The notes under the pieces: model-generated
Databases searched by the model: none
Told to the model about the DNA's origin: nothing
Seen by the model: the letters and a program-made list of their open reading frames with translations, nothing else
Part shown: piece by piece, positions 48,361 through 62,610 of the stretch
How positions within the stretch are numbered: position 1 is the stretch's first letter
Layout of the letters: each line of letters opens with the position of its first letter
NCBI GenBank assembly: GCA_964016885.1
Contig: OZ024757.1
Coordinates: 30,194,001-30,258,000, forward strand
Reading direction: 5' to 3'
From: Eledone cirrhosa
Lineage: Eukaryota
DNA length: 64,000 bases
Made by a program: the position numbers and the translations under genes

Positions 48361-49855
48361 CCAGACAGAGAGTGACTTGGTGGTGGAACAGAACGGTAGA
48401 TAGGGCCATTAGAGACAAAAGACTAGCATGGAAGGCTTGACAAAAGGGTGGGAATAGAGAAAGATATACAGCCGCTAAGAGAGAAGCTAGACGTCAGGTG
48501 TACTTAGCACGCAAGGAGGCTGAGAGTAGGAGGTTTGCCAAAGTTCTGCGACGGGAAGATCAGAGACGTGTGGTGCTCTACATTGCAAGGCAGTGTGTCA
48601 ATGCAAATCAGGATGTTGTAGCAGATAAATTTGTTCGGAATGATGCAAGTGTACTTAGTGTCACGAATGATCAGTAAAAGGAGGCCTGGAAATGTCATTA
48701 TGAGAGACTGGTAAATGTTGAGAACGAATGGGAGAGAGAGAAATTACCCTCAGTAGATCTGACAGAGGTACCAGCTATTGAGATTGACGAATATAGGGTC
48801 CAAGAGGCGATTAAGGAAATGAAAAATGGTAAGGCTGCTGGACCATCGGGATAGTTGCTGAGATGCTGAAGGCATCAGGGGACATACGCACTAAACTGGT
48901 TGCATGCATCATCAATCAGGCTATATATGATGGGGTCATACCCAAAGACTGGTGCAGCAGTATTCTCATAAATTGCTACAAAGGTAAAGGGGATGCTCCG
49001 GAGAGGAGCAATTATAGGCGTATGAAACTGATGGATCAGGTTATGAAAGTGGTAGAAAAGATATTAGCACAACTAATTAGAGAACGGGTTAAACTAGATG
49101 AGATGTAATTTGGTTTTGTGCCTGGGAAGAGTTCAACAGATGCCCTCTTCATGGTGAGACAATTACAAGAGAGTTTCTTAGAGAAGAATAAGCCACTATA
49201 CTTAGCCTTTGTTGACCTAGAGAAGGCCTTTGATAGGGTACCCCGATCTGTCATCTGGTGGTCCCTAAGGAAACTAGGTGTTGAGGAATGGCTTGTGAGG
49301 ACAGTGCAAACTTTGTACAGAGGTGCTGTCAGTAAAGTCAGAGTAGGAATGGAGTTTAGTGAGGAATTCCAGATACAAGTAGGAGTACATCAGAGTGCGG
49401 TCCTCAGCCCGCTCTTGTTCATTATAGTCCTCCAAACCATAACAGAGGAGTTTAAGATTGGCTGTCCATGGGAACTTCTCTCTGTTGACGATCTGGTTCT
49501 TATAGTAGAATCAGTAAGTAGAGGAGCTAGAGAATAAATTATGGAAACAGCAGTTGGAATCAAGAGGACTGAGAGTGACCCTTGCTAAGACAAAAGTGTT
49601 GGTGAGTAGAAAAGAGGACAAAACTCTGATTCCATCAGGGAAATGGCCATGTTCGATATGCAGAAAAGGAACTGGCATAAATTCTATAAAATGCACACAA
49701 TGCAGATCGTGCGTACACAAGAGATGTAGTGGTATAGCAGGCAAACTAACAGGTAGGGAGAAATGCGTATGCAGTAGATGTACAGGGAAATTAGACAGTA
49801 GAATTCGCATTGCTAGACACATTTTTCAAATGCAGGTGGGTGCTATAGAAGTGGT
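48361..49855 (+). mobile_element. RTE LINE subfamily B, 5'- and 3'-truncated
   Basis: Same ends as the previous copy. Confidence 0.93.
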
Positions 49856-50113
49856 CATAGTTCTACTTTTAATATAAAATTCAATAATTTTATGTATTAA
49901 CATTTGGAAAATTTACAATATATTTATTTACTTCTATTTTAATTATTAATTATATGCAATTATTTAGTTTGGGTTTTCTCCACATCAATATTCTGTAGAG
50001 TAAAATAGGAAAATGCTTTTAAATAAAGTTTTCTTCTCTAAAAATACAATATAAATAGCATTTGTGTTTACTGTTATAAACATTAACGATAGCTTTAAGA
50101 AATTTTTTTCCAG

Positions 50114-52237
50114 CCAGACAGAGAGTGGCCTGGTGGTGGAACAAAACGGTAGATAGGGCCATTAGAGACAAAAGACTAGCATGGAAGGCTTGATAAAAGG
50201 GTGGGAGTAGAGAAAGATATACAGCCGCAAAGAGAGAAGCTAGACGTCAAGTGTACTTACCACGTAGGGAGGCTGTGAGTAGGAAGTTTGCCAAAGTTCT
50301 GCGATGGGAAGATCAGAGACGTGTGGTGCTCCACATTGCAAGGCAGTGTGTCAATGTAAATCAGGATGTTGTAGCAGATAAATGTGTCCGGAATGATGCC
50401 AGTGTACTTAGTGTCACGAATGATCAGAAAAAGGAGGCCTGGAAATGTCATTATGAGAGACTGGTAAATGTTGAGAACGAATGGGAGAGGGAGAAATTAC
50501 CCTCAGTAGATCTGACAGAGTAACCAGCTATTGAGATTGACGAATATAGGGTCCAAGAGGTGATTAAGGAAATGAAAAATGGTAAGGCTGCTGGACCATC
50601 GGGATAGTTGCTGAGATGCTGAAGGCATCAGGGGACATACGCACTAAACTGGTTGCATGCATCATCAATCAGGCTATATATGGTGGTGTCATACCCAAAG
50701 ACTGGTGCAGCAGTATTCTCATAAATTGCTACAAAGGTAAAGGGGATGCTCCGGAGAGGAGCAATTATAGGGGTATAAAACTGTTGGATCAGGTTATGAA
50801 AGTGGTAGAAAAGATATTAGCACAACTAATTAGAGAAAGGGTTAAACTAGATGAGATGTAATTCGGTTTTGTGCCTGGGAAGAGTACAACAGATGCCCTC
50901 TTCTTGGTGAGACAATTACAAGAGAGGTTCTTAGAGAAGAATAAGCCACTGTACTTAGCCTTTGTTGACCTAGAGAAGGCCTTTGATAGGGTACCCCGAT
51001 CTGTCATCTGATGGTCCCTAAGGAAACTAGGTGTTGAGGAATGGCTTGTGAGGACAGTGCAAACTTTGTACAGAGGTGCTGTCAGTAAAGTCAGAGTAGG
51101 AATGGAGTTTAGTGAGGAATTCCAGATACAAGTAGGAGTACATCAGAGTGCGGTCCTCAGCCCGCTCTTGTTCATTATAGTCCTCCAAGCTATAACAGAG
51201 GAGTTTAAGATTGGCTGTCCATGGGAACTTCTCTCTGTTGACGATCTGGTTCTTATAGTAGAATCAGTAAGTAGAGTAGCTAGAGAATAAATTATGGAAA
51301 CAGCAGTTGGAATCAAGAGGACTGAGAGTGACCCTTGCTAAGACAAAAGTGTTGGTGAGTAGAAAAGAGGACAAAACTCTGATTCCATCAGGGAAATGGC
51401 CATGTTCGATATGCAGAAAAGGAACTGGCATAAATTCTATAAAATACACACAATGCAGATCGTGCATACACAAGAGATGTAGTGGTATAGCAGGCAAACT
51501 AACAGCTAGGGAGAAATGCGTATGCAGTAGATGTACAGGGAAATTAGACAATAGAATTTGCATTGCTAGACACATTTTTCAAATGCAGGTGGGTGCTATA
51601 GAAGTGGTTGATAGCTTCCGGTACCTAGGAGATTAGATTAGCATGGGAGAGGGGTGTTCCGAGGCTATAGTATCTAGAATAAGGACGGGTTGGAAGAAGT
51701 TTAGGCAGATGCTTCCTCTGCTGACGAAGAAGGGTTTCTCCCTGCGTACAAAAAGCCGGTTATATGATGCCTATGGGAAGAACGTCATGCTGCATGGTAG
51801 TGAGACTTGGGCAGCAACTGCAGAGGATATGCGACGGCTTGAAATGAGGCAATCATGCTCCGTTGGATGTGCAATGTCAATGTGCGTGAACGACCCAGCA
51901 TGGAAGTGTTGAAAGAGAAACTGTGTCTGAGAGGGATAGAATGTAGTGTGCGAGAGAGGAGACTGCGGTGGTATGGACATGTGATGCACATGGAGGATGA
52001 CCGATGGGTGAAGAAGTGCCAGGAAATGCCAGTTGAAGGAAGACGTGGTAGAGGTAGACCATGAAAAACATGGGCGGAGGTGGTGAGAACACCTCAGATT
52101 GCTGAAGCTCACGGTGGAGATGACGAAGGACTGTGACAAGTGGAGAGATGCTGTGCTGAATAAGACACGTCCCACCCTTGCAATGGCAATCAGGGAAAAG
52201 CGGACGTAAAATGATGATGATAATGATGATGATGATG
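50114..52237 (+). mobile_element. RTE LINE subfamily B with 3' end and (GAT)n tail
   Basis: RT motifs with multiple stops; cggacgtaaaa(tga)n tail. Confidence 0.95.
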
Positions 52238-53958
52238 AAAATATTTCTAAAATGACTATTAATGTTTAGAACGTTGAAAATAACTTTATATTGCGACATT
52301 TTTATTTTGTAAACATTAGTTTAATTACATTGGCAACTCAAGCTGGCTGTGTACAAGTGTACTACCATGCATTTTGGGAGGAAAAACCCAGCGTTCACAT
52401 ACTCCCTCCACAACACTCACATCAAGAAGTCTTCCTGTGAACGTGACCTGGGCATTACTGTCAACAGTGATTTGCATTGGACAAAGCACATCCCTAAAAT
52501 TGTCAAGCATGGATTATTTCTTTATCTCTGCCTCATAGTGATGAACCCAACGCTTATCCTGGGTTAGGAAAAGTTCAAGGACACCAACTGGATGTGTTTC
52601 AAACAAGGTCAGATTTTCCAATCATGAGATCAACCTGGTGTGCTTTTGATCTTGTGTCAGACGACATGTCACCCACCGAGCAGAAACCTTTGTCATGCCA
52701 AGTTCATTGTGCAGAATAATCTCAACTCTCTCAGGGGATATGCTAGTAGAATTGTCTATTTGATTTATAGTCAATCGCCTGTCATCTATTACCATGTGGT
52801 GAACACGATCAATATTTTCCTAGGTGGTGGCAGTTGCATGAAGTCCAGACCTCAAGTCATCTTCAGGAGTTTCTCTTCCCCTCCTAAATTCAACTGCCCA
52901 CTTTCGTACTGTTGATAAGGCTAAAGTGTCATCCCCTGATGTAGCAACCATCTCAGCATGAATTTCCTTGGAAGCTAAACCCTTTTTCTGTGGGTACATG
53001 ATGCCAAATTTTGTCCATTTTCAAGACAGGTTGCTACCAGTTACATTTGAAGTCTTCTTTGAACAATCAGATGTCAGTTTACCTAAGAAAAGACTATGCA
53101 CTTATTAACAAGAGGAATTGAAATTAAAGTATGCAAGATTTCACAGCTTTAGCATAACTCCTTCATAGTCAATCTATGAACATTTCAGTCTACCCTCGTA
53201 TTTAAATGCGGGTGTGCAAGCTTTCACTGTGTTTCCTGAATTACTTCCCTTGGACTGTTAAAATTTTATTGAAGTGATATTTTCATCACCCAAGTTAATA
53301 TACATCATTTCTACACCCTTCAACCTGATTTCTCAGTTTTATTGCTATTTATATAGATAAAATACACATTACTAATCCCGCCGGCATTAGTCTAGTGCTC
53401 TCCCGACTCAAATATTTATAGTAGATACAATGTAATTAACCCGCTTCAGTTATATATTATTATATATATATACCCAATGAGACATATAGTTAAATATTTT
53501 CTTACTATGACTACCATGTCTCTTATTCTCTGAATCGATCACATTATCCTATCTTTCCTTCCTTTTGGAAACAGTAGACTGTGACCTTTGGATTATTTGG
53601 CTGCTATTTTTAGCGGTGTGAATGTCCACATAAAGGTTTCCATCTTCGCCCATGGCTTTACATTATTATATTTTTAACATTAAAACTACTTTTAAATATT
53701 CATAGTTCTACTTTTAATATAAAATTCAATCATTTTATGTATTAACATTTGGAAAATTTACAATATATTTATTTACTTCTATTTTAATTATTAATTATAT
53801 GCAATTATTTAGTTTTGGTTTTCTCCACATCAATATTCTGTAGAGTAAAATAGGAAAATGCTTTTAAATAAAGTTTTCTTCTCTAAAAATACAATATAAA
53901 TAGCATTTGTGTTTACTGTTATAAACATTAACGATAGCTTTAAGAAATATTTTTCCAA

Positions 53959-55452
53959 CCAGACAGAGAGTGACCTGGTGGTGGAACAGAACGGTAGATA
54001 GGGCCATTAGAGACAAAAGACTAGCATGGAAGGCTTGAAAAAAGGGTGGGAGTGGAGAAGGATATACAGCCGCTAAGAGAGAAGCTAGACGTCAGGTGTA
54101 CTTAGCACGCAGGGAGGCTGAGAGTAATAAGTTTGCCAATTTCTGTAACGGGAAGATCAGAGACGTGTGGTGCTCCACATTGCAAGGCAGTGTGTCAATG
54201 TAAATCAGGATGTTGTAGCAGATAAATGTGTCCGGAATGATGCCAGTGTACTTAGTGTCACGAATGATCAGAAAAAGGAGGCCTGGAAATGTCATTATGA
54301 GAGACTGGTAAATGTTGAGAACGAATAGGAGAGAGAGAAATTACCCTCAATAGATCTGACAGAGGGACCAGCTATTGAGATTGACGAATATAGGGTCCAA
54401 GAGGCGATTAAGGAAATGAAAAATGGTAAGGCTGCTGGACCATCGGGATAGTTGCTGAGATGCTGAAGGCATCAGGGGACATACGCACTAAACTGGTTGC
54501 ATGCATCATCAATCAGGCTATATATGGTGGTGTCATACCCAAAGAGTGGTGCAGCAGTATTCTCATAAATTGCTACAAAGGTAAAGGGGATGTTCTGGAG
54601 AGGAGCAATTATAGGGGTATAAAACTGTTGGATCAGGTTATGAAAGTGGTAGAAAAGATATTAGCACAACTAATTAGAGAAAGGGTTAAACTAGATGAGA
54701 TGTAATTTGGTTTTGTGCCTGGGAAGAGTACAACAGATGCCCTCTTCTTGGTGAGACAATTACAAGATAGGTTCTTAGAGAAGAATAAGCCACTGTACTT
54801 AGCCTTTGTTGACCTAGAGAAGGCCTTTGATAGGGTACCCTGATCTGTCATCTGGTGGTCCCTAAGGAAACTAGGTGTTGAGGAATGGCTTGTGAGGACA
54901 GTGCAAACTTTGTACAGAGGTGCTGTCAGTAAAGTCAGAGTAGGAATGGAGTTTAGTGAGGAATTCCAGATACAAGTAGGAGTACATCAGAGTGCGGTCC
55001 TCAGCCCGCTCTTGTTCATTATAGTCCTCCAAGCCATAACAGAGGAGTTTAAGATTGGCTGTCCATGGGAACTTCTCTCTGCTGATGATCTGGTTCTTAT
55101 AGTAGAATCAGTAAGTAGAGGAGCTAGAGAATAAATTATGGAAACAGCAGTTGGAATCAAGAGGACTGAGAGTGACCGTTGGTAAGACAAAAGTGTTGGT
55201 GAGTAGAAAAGAGGACAAAACTCTGATTCCATCAGGGAAATGGCCATGTTCGATATGCAGAAAAGGAACTGGCATAAATTCTATAAAATGCACACAATGC
55301 AGATCGTTCGTACACAAGAGATGTAGTGGTATAGCAGGCAAACTAACAGGTAGGGAGAAATGCGTATGCAGTAGATGTACAGGGAAATTAGACAGTAGAA
55401 TTCGCATTGCTAGACACATTTTTCAAATGCAGGTGGGTGCTATAGAAGTGGT
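53959..55452 (+). mobile_element. RTE LINE subfamily B, 5'- and 3'-truncated
   Basis: Same junction as at 48102 and 49855. Confidence 0.93.
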
Positions 55453-55710
55453 CATAGTTCTACTTTTAATATAAAATTCAATAATTTTATGTATTAACAT
55501 TTGGAAAATTTACAATATATTTATTTACTTCTATTTTAATTATTAATTATATGCAATTATTTAGTTTGGGTTTTCTCCACATCAATATTCTGTAGAGTAA
55601 AATAGGAAAATGCTTTTAAATAGAGTTTTCTTCTCTAAAAATACAATATAAATAGCATTTGTGTTTACTGTTATAAACATTAACGATAGCTTTAAGAAAT
55701 TTTTTTCCAA

Positions 55711-57834
55711 CCAGACAGAGAGTGACCTGGTGGTGGAACAGAACGGTAGATAGGGCCATTAGAGACAAAAGACTAGCATGGAAGGCTTGACAAAAGGGTG
55801 GGAATAGAGAAAGATATACAGCCGCTAAGAGAGAAGCTAGACGTCAGGTGTACTTAGCACGCAAGGAGGCTGAGAGTAGGAGGTTTGCCAAAGTTCTGCG
55901 ACGGGAAGATCAGAGACGTGTGGTGCTCTACATTGCAAGGCAGTGTGTCAATGCAAATCAGGTTGTTGTAGCAGATAAATTTGTTCGGAATGATGCAAGT
56001 GTACTTAGTGTCACGAATGATCAGTAAAAGGAGGCCTGGAATTGTCATTATGAGAGACTGGTAAATGTTGAGAACGAATGGGAGAGAGAGAAATTACCAT
56101 CAGTAGATCTGACAGAGGTACCAGCTATTGAGATTGACGAATATAGGGTCCAAGAGGTGATTAAGGAAATGAAAAATGGTAAGGCTGCTGGACCATCGGG
56201 ATAGTTGCTGAGATGCTGAAGGCATCAGGGGACATACGCACTACAATGGTTGCATGCATCATCAATCAGGCTATATATGATGGGGTCATACCCAAAGACT
56301 GGTGCAGCAGTATTCTCATAAATTGCTACAAAGGTAAAGGGGATGCTCCGGAGAGGAGCAATTATAGGCGTATAAAACTGTTGGATCAGGTTATGAAAGT
56401 GGTAGAAAAGATATTAGCACAACTAATTAGAGAAAGGGTTAAACTAGATGAGATGTAATTCGGTTTTGTGCCTGGGAAGAGTACAACAGATGCCCTCTTC
56501 TTGGTGAGACAATTACAAGAGAGGTTGTTAGAGAAGAATAAGCCACTGTACTTAGCTTTTGTTGACCTAGAGAAGGCCTTTGATAGGGTACCCCGATCTG
56601 TCATCTGATGGTCCCTAAGGAAACTAGGTGTTGAGGAATGGCTTGTGAGGACAGTGCAAACTTTGTACAGAGGTGCTGTCAGTAAAGTCAGAGTAGGAAT
56701 GGAGTTTAGTGAGGAATTCCAGATACAAGTAGGAGTACATCAGAGTGCGGTCCTCAGCCCGCTCTTGTTCATTACAGTCCTCCAAGCTATAACAGAGGAG
56801 TTTAAGATTGGCTGTCCATGGGAACTTCTCTCTGTTGACGATCTGGTTCTTATAGTAGAATCAGTAAGTAGAGGAGCTAGAGAATAAATTATGGAAGCAG
56901 CAGTTGGAATCAAGAGGACTGAGAGTGACCGTTGGTAAGACAAAAGTGTTGGTGAGTAGAAAAGAGGACAAAACTCTGATTCCATCAGGGAAATGACCAT
57001 GTTCGATATGCAGAAAAGGAACTGGCATAAATTCTATAAAATACACACAATGCAGATCGTGCATACACAAGAGATGTAGTGGTATAGCAGGCAAACTAAC
57101 AGGTAGGGAGAAATGCGTATGCAGTAGATGTACAGGGAAATTAGACAATAGAATTTGCATTGCTAGACACATTTTTCAAATGCAGGTGGGTGCTATAGAA
57201 GTGGTTGATAGCTTCCGGTACCTAGGAGATTAGATTAGCATGGGAAAGGGGTGTTCCGAGGCTATAGTATCTAGAATAAGGACGGGTTGGAAGAAGTTTA
57301 GGCAGATGCTTCCTCTGCTGACGCAGAAGGGTTTCTCCCTGCGTACAAAAGGCCGGTTATATGATGCCTATGGGAAGAACGTCATGCTGCATGGTAGTGA
57401 GACTTGGGCAGCAACTGCAGAGGATATGCGACGGCTTGAAATGAGGCAATCATGCTCCGTTGGATGTGCAATGTCAATGTGAGTGAACGACCCAGCATGG
57501 AAGTGTTGAAAGAGAAACTGTGTCTGAGAGGGATAGAATGTAGTGTGCGAGAGAGGAGACTGCGGTGGTATGGACATGTGATGCACATGGAGGATGACCG
57601 ATGGGTGAAGAAGTGCCAGGAAATGCCAGTTGAAGGAAGACGTGGTAGAGGTAGACCATGAAAAACATGGGCGAAGGTGGTGAGAACACCTCAGATTGCT
57701 GAAGCTCACGGTGGAGATGACGAAGGACTGTGACAAGTGGAGAGATGCTGTGCTGAATAAGACACGTCCCACCCTTGCAATGGCAATCAGGGAAAAGCGG
57801 ACGTAAAATGATGATGATAATGATGATGATGATG
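55711..57834 (+). mobile_element. RTE LINE subfamily B with 3' end
   Basis: Near-identical to 50114-52237. Confidence 0.95.
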
Positions 57835-59553
57835 AAAATATTTCTAAAATGACTATTAATGTTTAGAACATTGAAAATAACTTTATATTGCAACATTTTT
57901 ATTTTGTAAACATTAGTTTAATTACATTGGCAACTCAAGCTGGCTGTGTACAAGTGTACTACCATGCATTTTGGGAGGAAAAACCCAGCGTTCACATACT
58001 CCCTCCACAACACTCACATCAAGAAGTCTTCTTGTGAACGTGACCTGGGCATTACTGTCAACAGTGATTTGCATTGGACAAAGCACATCCCTAAAATTGC
58101 CAAGCATGGATTATTTCTTTGTCTCTGCCTCAAAGTGATGAACCCAACGCTTATCCTGGGTTAGGAAAAGTTCAAGGACACCAACTGGATGTGTTTCAAA
58201 CAAGGTCAGATTTTCCAATCATGAGATCAACCTGGTGTGCTTTTGATCTTGTGTCAGACGACATGGCACCCACCGAGCAGAAACCTTTGTCATGCCAAGT
58301 TCATTGTGCAGAATAATCTCAACTCTCTCAGGGGATATGCTAGTAGGATTGTCTATTTGATTTATAGTCAATCGCCTGTCAACTATTACCATGTGGTGAA
58401 CACAATCAATATTTTCCTAGGTGGTGGCAGTTGCAGGAAGTCCAGACCTCAAGTCATCTTCAGGAGTTTCTCTTCCCCTCCTAAATGCAACTGCCCACTT
58501 TCGTACTGTTGATAAGGCTAAAGTGTCATCCCCTGATGTAGCAACCATCTCAGCATGAATTTCCTTGGAAGCTAAACCCTTTTTCTGTGGGTACATGATG
58601 CCAAATTTTGTCCATTTTCAAGACAAGTTGCTACCAGTTACATTTGAAGTCTTCTTTGAACAATCTGATGTCAGTTTACCTAAGAAAAGACTATGCACTT
58701 ATTAACAAAAGGGATTGAAATTAAAGTATGCAAGATTTCACAGCTTTAGCATAACTCCTTCATAGTCAATCTATGAACATTTCAGTCTACCCTCGTATTT
58801 AAATGCGGGTGTGCAAGCTTTCACTGTGTTTCCTGAATTACTTCCCTTGGACTGTTAAAATTTTATTGAAGTGATATTTTCATCACCCAAGTTAATATAC
58901 ACCATTTCTACACCCTTCAACCTGATTTCTCAGTTTTATTGCTATTTATATAGATAAAATACACATTACTAATCCCGCCGGCATTAGTCTAGTGCTCTCC
59001 CGACTCAAATATTTATAGTAGATACAATGTAATTAACCCGCTTCAGTTATATATTATTATATATATATACCCAATGAGACATATAGTTAAATATTTTCTT
59101 ACTATAACTACCACGTCTCTTATTCTCTGAATCGATCACATTATCCTATCTTTCCTTCCTTTTGAAACAGTAGACTGTAACCTTTGGATTATTTGGCTGC
59201 TTTTTTTGCGGTGTGAATGTCCACATAAAGGTTTCCATCTTCGCCCATAGCTTTACATTATTATATTTTTAACATTAAAACTACTTTTAAATATTCATAG
59301 TTATACCTTTAATATAAAATTCAATAATTTTATGTATTAACATTTGGAAAATTTACAATATATTTATTTACTTCTATTTTAATTATTAATTATATGCAAT
59401 TATTTAGTTTGGGTTTTCTCTACATCAATATTCTGTAGAGTAAAATAGGAAAATGCTTTTAAATAAACTTTTCTTCTCTAAAAATTTAATATAAATAGCA
59501 TTTGTGTTTACTGTTATAAACATTAACGATAGCTTTAAGAAATTTTTTTCCAA

Positions 59554-61665
59554 CCAGACAGAGAGTGACCTGGTGGTGGAACAGAACGGTAGATAGGGCC
59601 ATTAGAGACAAAAGACTAGCATGGAAGGCTTGACAAAAGGGTGGGAATAGAGAAAGATATACAGCCGCTAAGAGAGAAGCTAGACGTCAGGTGTACTTAG
59701 CACGCAAGGAGGCTGAGAGTAGGAGGTTTGCCAAAGTTCTGCGACGGGAAGATCAGAGACGTGTGGTGCTCTACATTGCAAGGCAGTGTGTCAATGCAAA
59801 TCAGGATGTTGTAGCAGATAAATTTGTTCGGAATGATGCAAGTGTACTTAGTGTCACGAATGATCAGTAAAAGGAGGCCTGGAATTGTCATTATGAGAGA
59901 CTGGTAAATGTTGAGAACGAATGCGAGAGAGAGAAATTACCCTCAGTAGATCTGACAGAGGTACCAGCTATTGAGATTGACGAATATAGGGTCCAAGAGG
60001 CGATTAAGGAAATGAAAAATGGTAAGGCTGCTGGACCATCGGGATAGTTGCTGAGATGCTGAAGGCATCAGGGGACATACGCACTAAACTGGTTGCATGC
60101 ATCATCAATCAGGCTATATATGATGGGGTCATACCCAAAGACTGGTGCAGCAGTATTCTCATAAATTGCTACAAAGGTAAAGGGGATGCTCCGGAGAGGA
60201 GCAATTATAGGCGTATAAAACTGATGGATCAGGTTATGAAAGTGGTAGAAAAGATATTAGCACAACTAATTAGAGAACGGGTTAAACTAGATGAGATGTA
60301 ATTTGGTTTTGTGCCTGGGAAGAGTACAACAGATGCCCTCTTCATGGTGAGACAATTACAAGAGAGGTTCTTAGAGAAGAATAAGCCACTATACTTAGCC
60401 TTTGTTGACCTAGAGAAGGCCTTTGATAGGATACCCCGATCTGTCATCTGGTGGTCCCTAAGGAAACTAGGTGTTGAGGAATGGCTTGTGAGGACAGTGC
60501 AAACTTTGTACAGAGGTGCTGTCAGTAAAGTCAGAGTAGGAATGGAGTTTAGTGAGGAATTCCAGATACAAGTAGGAGTACATCAGAGTGCGGTCCTCAG
60601 CCCGCTCTTGTTCATTATAGTCCTCCAAGCCATAACAGAGGAGTTTAAGATTGGCTGTCCATGGGAACTTCTCTCTGCTGACGATCTGGTTCTTATAGTA
60701 GAATCAGTAAGTAGAGGAGCTAGAGAATAAATTATGGAAACAGCAGTTGGAATCAAGAGGACTGAGAGTGACCCTTGCTAAGACAAAAGTGTTGGTGAGT
60801 AGAAAAGAGGACAAAACTCTAATTCCATCAGGGAAATGGCCATGTTCGATATGCAGAAAAGGAACTGGCATAAATTCTATAAAATGCACACAATGCAGAT
60901 CGTGCGTACACAAGAGATGTAGTGGTATAGCAGGCAAACTAACAGGTAGGGAGAAATGCGTATGCAGTAGATGTACAGGGAAATTAGACAGTAGAATTCG
61001 CATTGCTAGACACATTTTTTCAAAAGCAGGTGGGTGCTATAGAAGTGGTTGATAGCTTCCGGTACCTAGGAGATCAGATTAGCATGGAAGAGGCTATAGT
61101 ATCTAGAATAAGGACGGGTTGGAAGAAGTTTAGGGAGATGCTTCCTCTGCTGACGAAGAAGGGTTTCTCCCTGTGTACAAAAGGCCGCTTATATGATGCC
61201 TATGTGAGGAACGCGATGCTGCATGGTAGTGAGACTTGGGCAGCAACTGCAGAAGATATGCGACGGCTGGAGAGAAATGAGGCAATCATGCTCCGTTGGA
61301 TGTGCAATGTCAATGTGCGTGAACGACCCAGCATGGATGTGTTGAAAGAGAAACTGTGTCTGAGAGGGATAGAATGTAGTGTGCGAGAGAGGAGACTGCG
61401 GTGGTATGAACATGTGATGCACATGTGATGACCGATGGGTGAAGAAGTGCCAGGAAATGCCAGTTGAAGGAAGACGTGGTAGAGATAGACCATGAAAAAC
61501 ATGGGCGGAGGTGGTGAGAACACCTCAGATTGCTGAAGCTCACAGTGGAGATGACGAAGGACCGTGACAAGTGGAGAGATGCTGTGCTGAATAAGACCCG
61601 TCCCACCCTTGCAATGGCAATCAGGGAAAAGCGGACGTAAAATGATGATGATGATGATGATGATG
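59554..61665 (+). mobile_element. RTE LINE subfamily B with 3' end; terminal copy that runs into unique flank
   Basis: RT motifs and tail; followed by the uninterrupted CR1-like fragment. Confidence 0.95.
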
Positions 61666-61756
61666 AAAATATTTCTAAAATGACTATTAATGTTTAGAAC
61701 ATTGAAAATAACTTTAAATTGAGACATTTTTATTTTGTAAACATTAGTTTAATTAC

Positions 61757-62610
61757 ATTGGCAACTCAAGCTGGCTGTGTACAAGTGTACTACCATGCAT
61801 TTTGGGAGGAAAAACCCAGCATTCACATACTCCCTCCACAACACTCACATCAAGATGTCTTCTTGTGAACGTGATCTGGGCATTACTGTCACCAGTGATT
61901 TGCATTGGACAAAGCACATTCCTAAAATTGCCAAGGAGGCCGAGGGTGTCTTAGCATCCCTCAGCAAGACCTTTGTCAGTCACTCTCCAGATCTATTTAA
62001 AGCTGTTTATAGCTATGCTGTGGCCACACTTAGAATTTGCATCACCAGTCTGGAACCCCTATCTTGCTCAGAACATTGACCGCCTGGAAACTGTTCAGAG
62101 ACCTGCAACCAAGCAAATACCCTCCATCAGGCATCTACCATACTCTTAACGCCTTGCTTCCCTGGGCATGGATACATTGAAGCTCCGACATTTGGCAACT
62201 GACTTGGTAAACACCCACAAAGTTATTAACCATCTTGCCAACAACAACCCTGAGCACCTTTTTGAATTCCATGTGTCTAACACATGTGGGCATGCCTACA
62301 AAATCAGAAAATGGCATAGCTCCCATGACTTTCGGAAACATTTTTTCATGCTCAGAGTTGCTGAAGCATGGAACAAACTACCTGCATCAGTTGTGAGCTG
62401 CCAAGACACTGCATCCTTTAAAACCTCCATGCTTCCTGAGATTCGCCAACACTACATCTGATATCTCCCCTCCATACACGCGCACACATGTATGTCGTAA
62501 CTCATTCACTGTTCACTTTCCTGACATTTCTACATTATTCTATGTACTATACATGAACCTTTGATGAGTTGTAGTCCACCTGAGCACTACACAATAATTT
62601 CATTATCATT
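61757..62610 (+). mobile_element. CR1-like LINE 3' fragment (truncated copies at 52327-52507 and 57924-58104)
   Basis: KCTTMHFG..ERDLGITV.SDL..LEFASPVWNP..RKHFF..RVAEAWNKLP motifs and aataatttcattatcatt tail. Confidence 0.85.

Larger units (their letters stand above)
46296..61935. repeat. higher-order tandem array of LINE-derived units (1.75 kb and 3.84 kb; 5.6-kb super-unit)
   Basis: ORF offsets 1751 (46753/48504), 1753 (48504/50257), 5597 (52325/57922) and 3843 (55854/59697). Confidence 0.95.
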
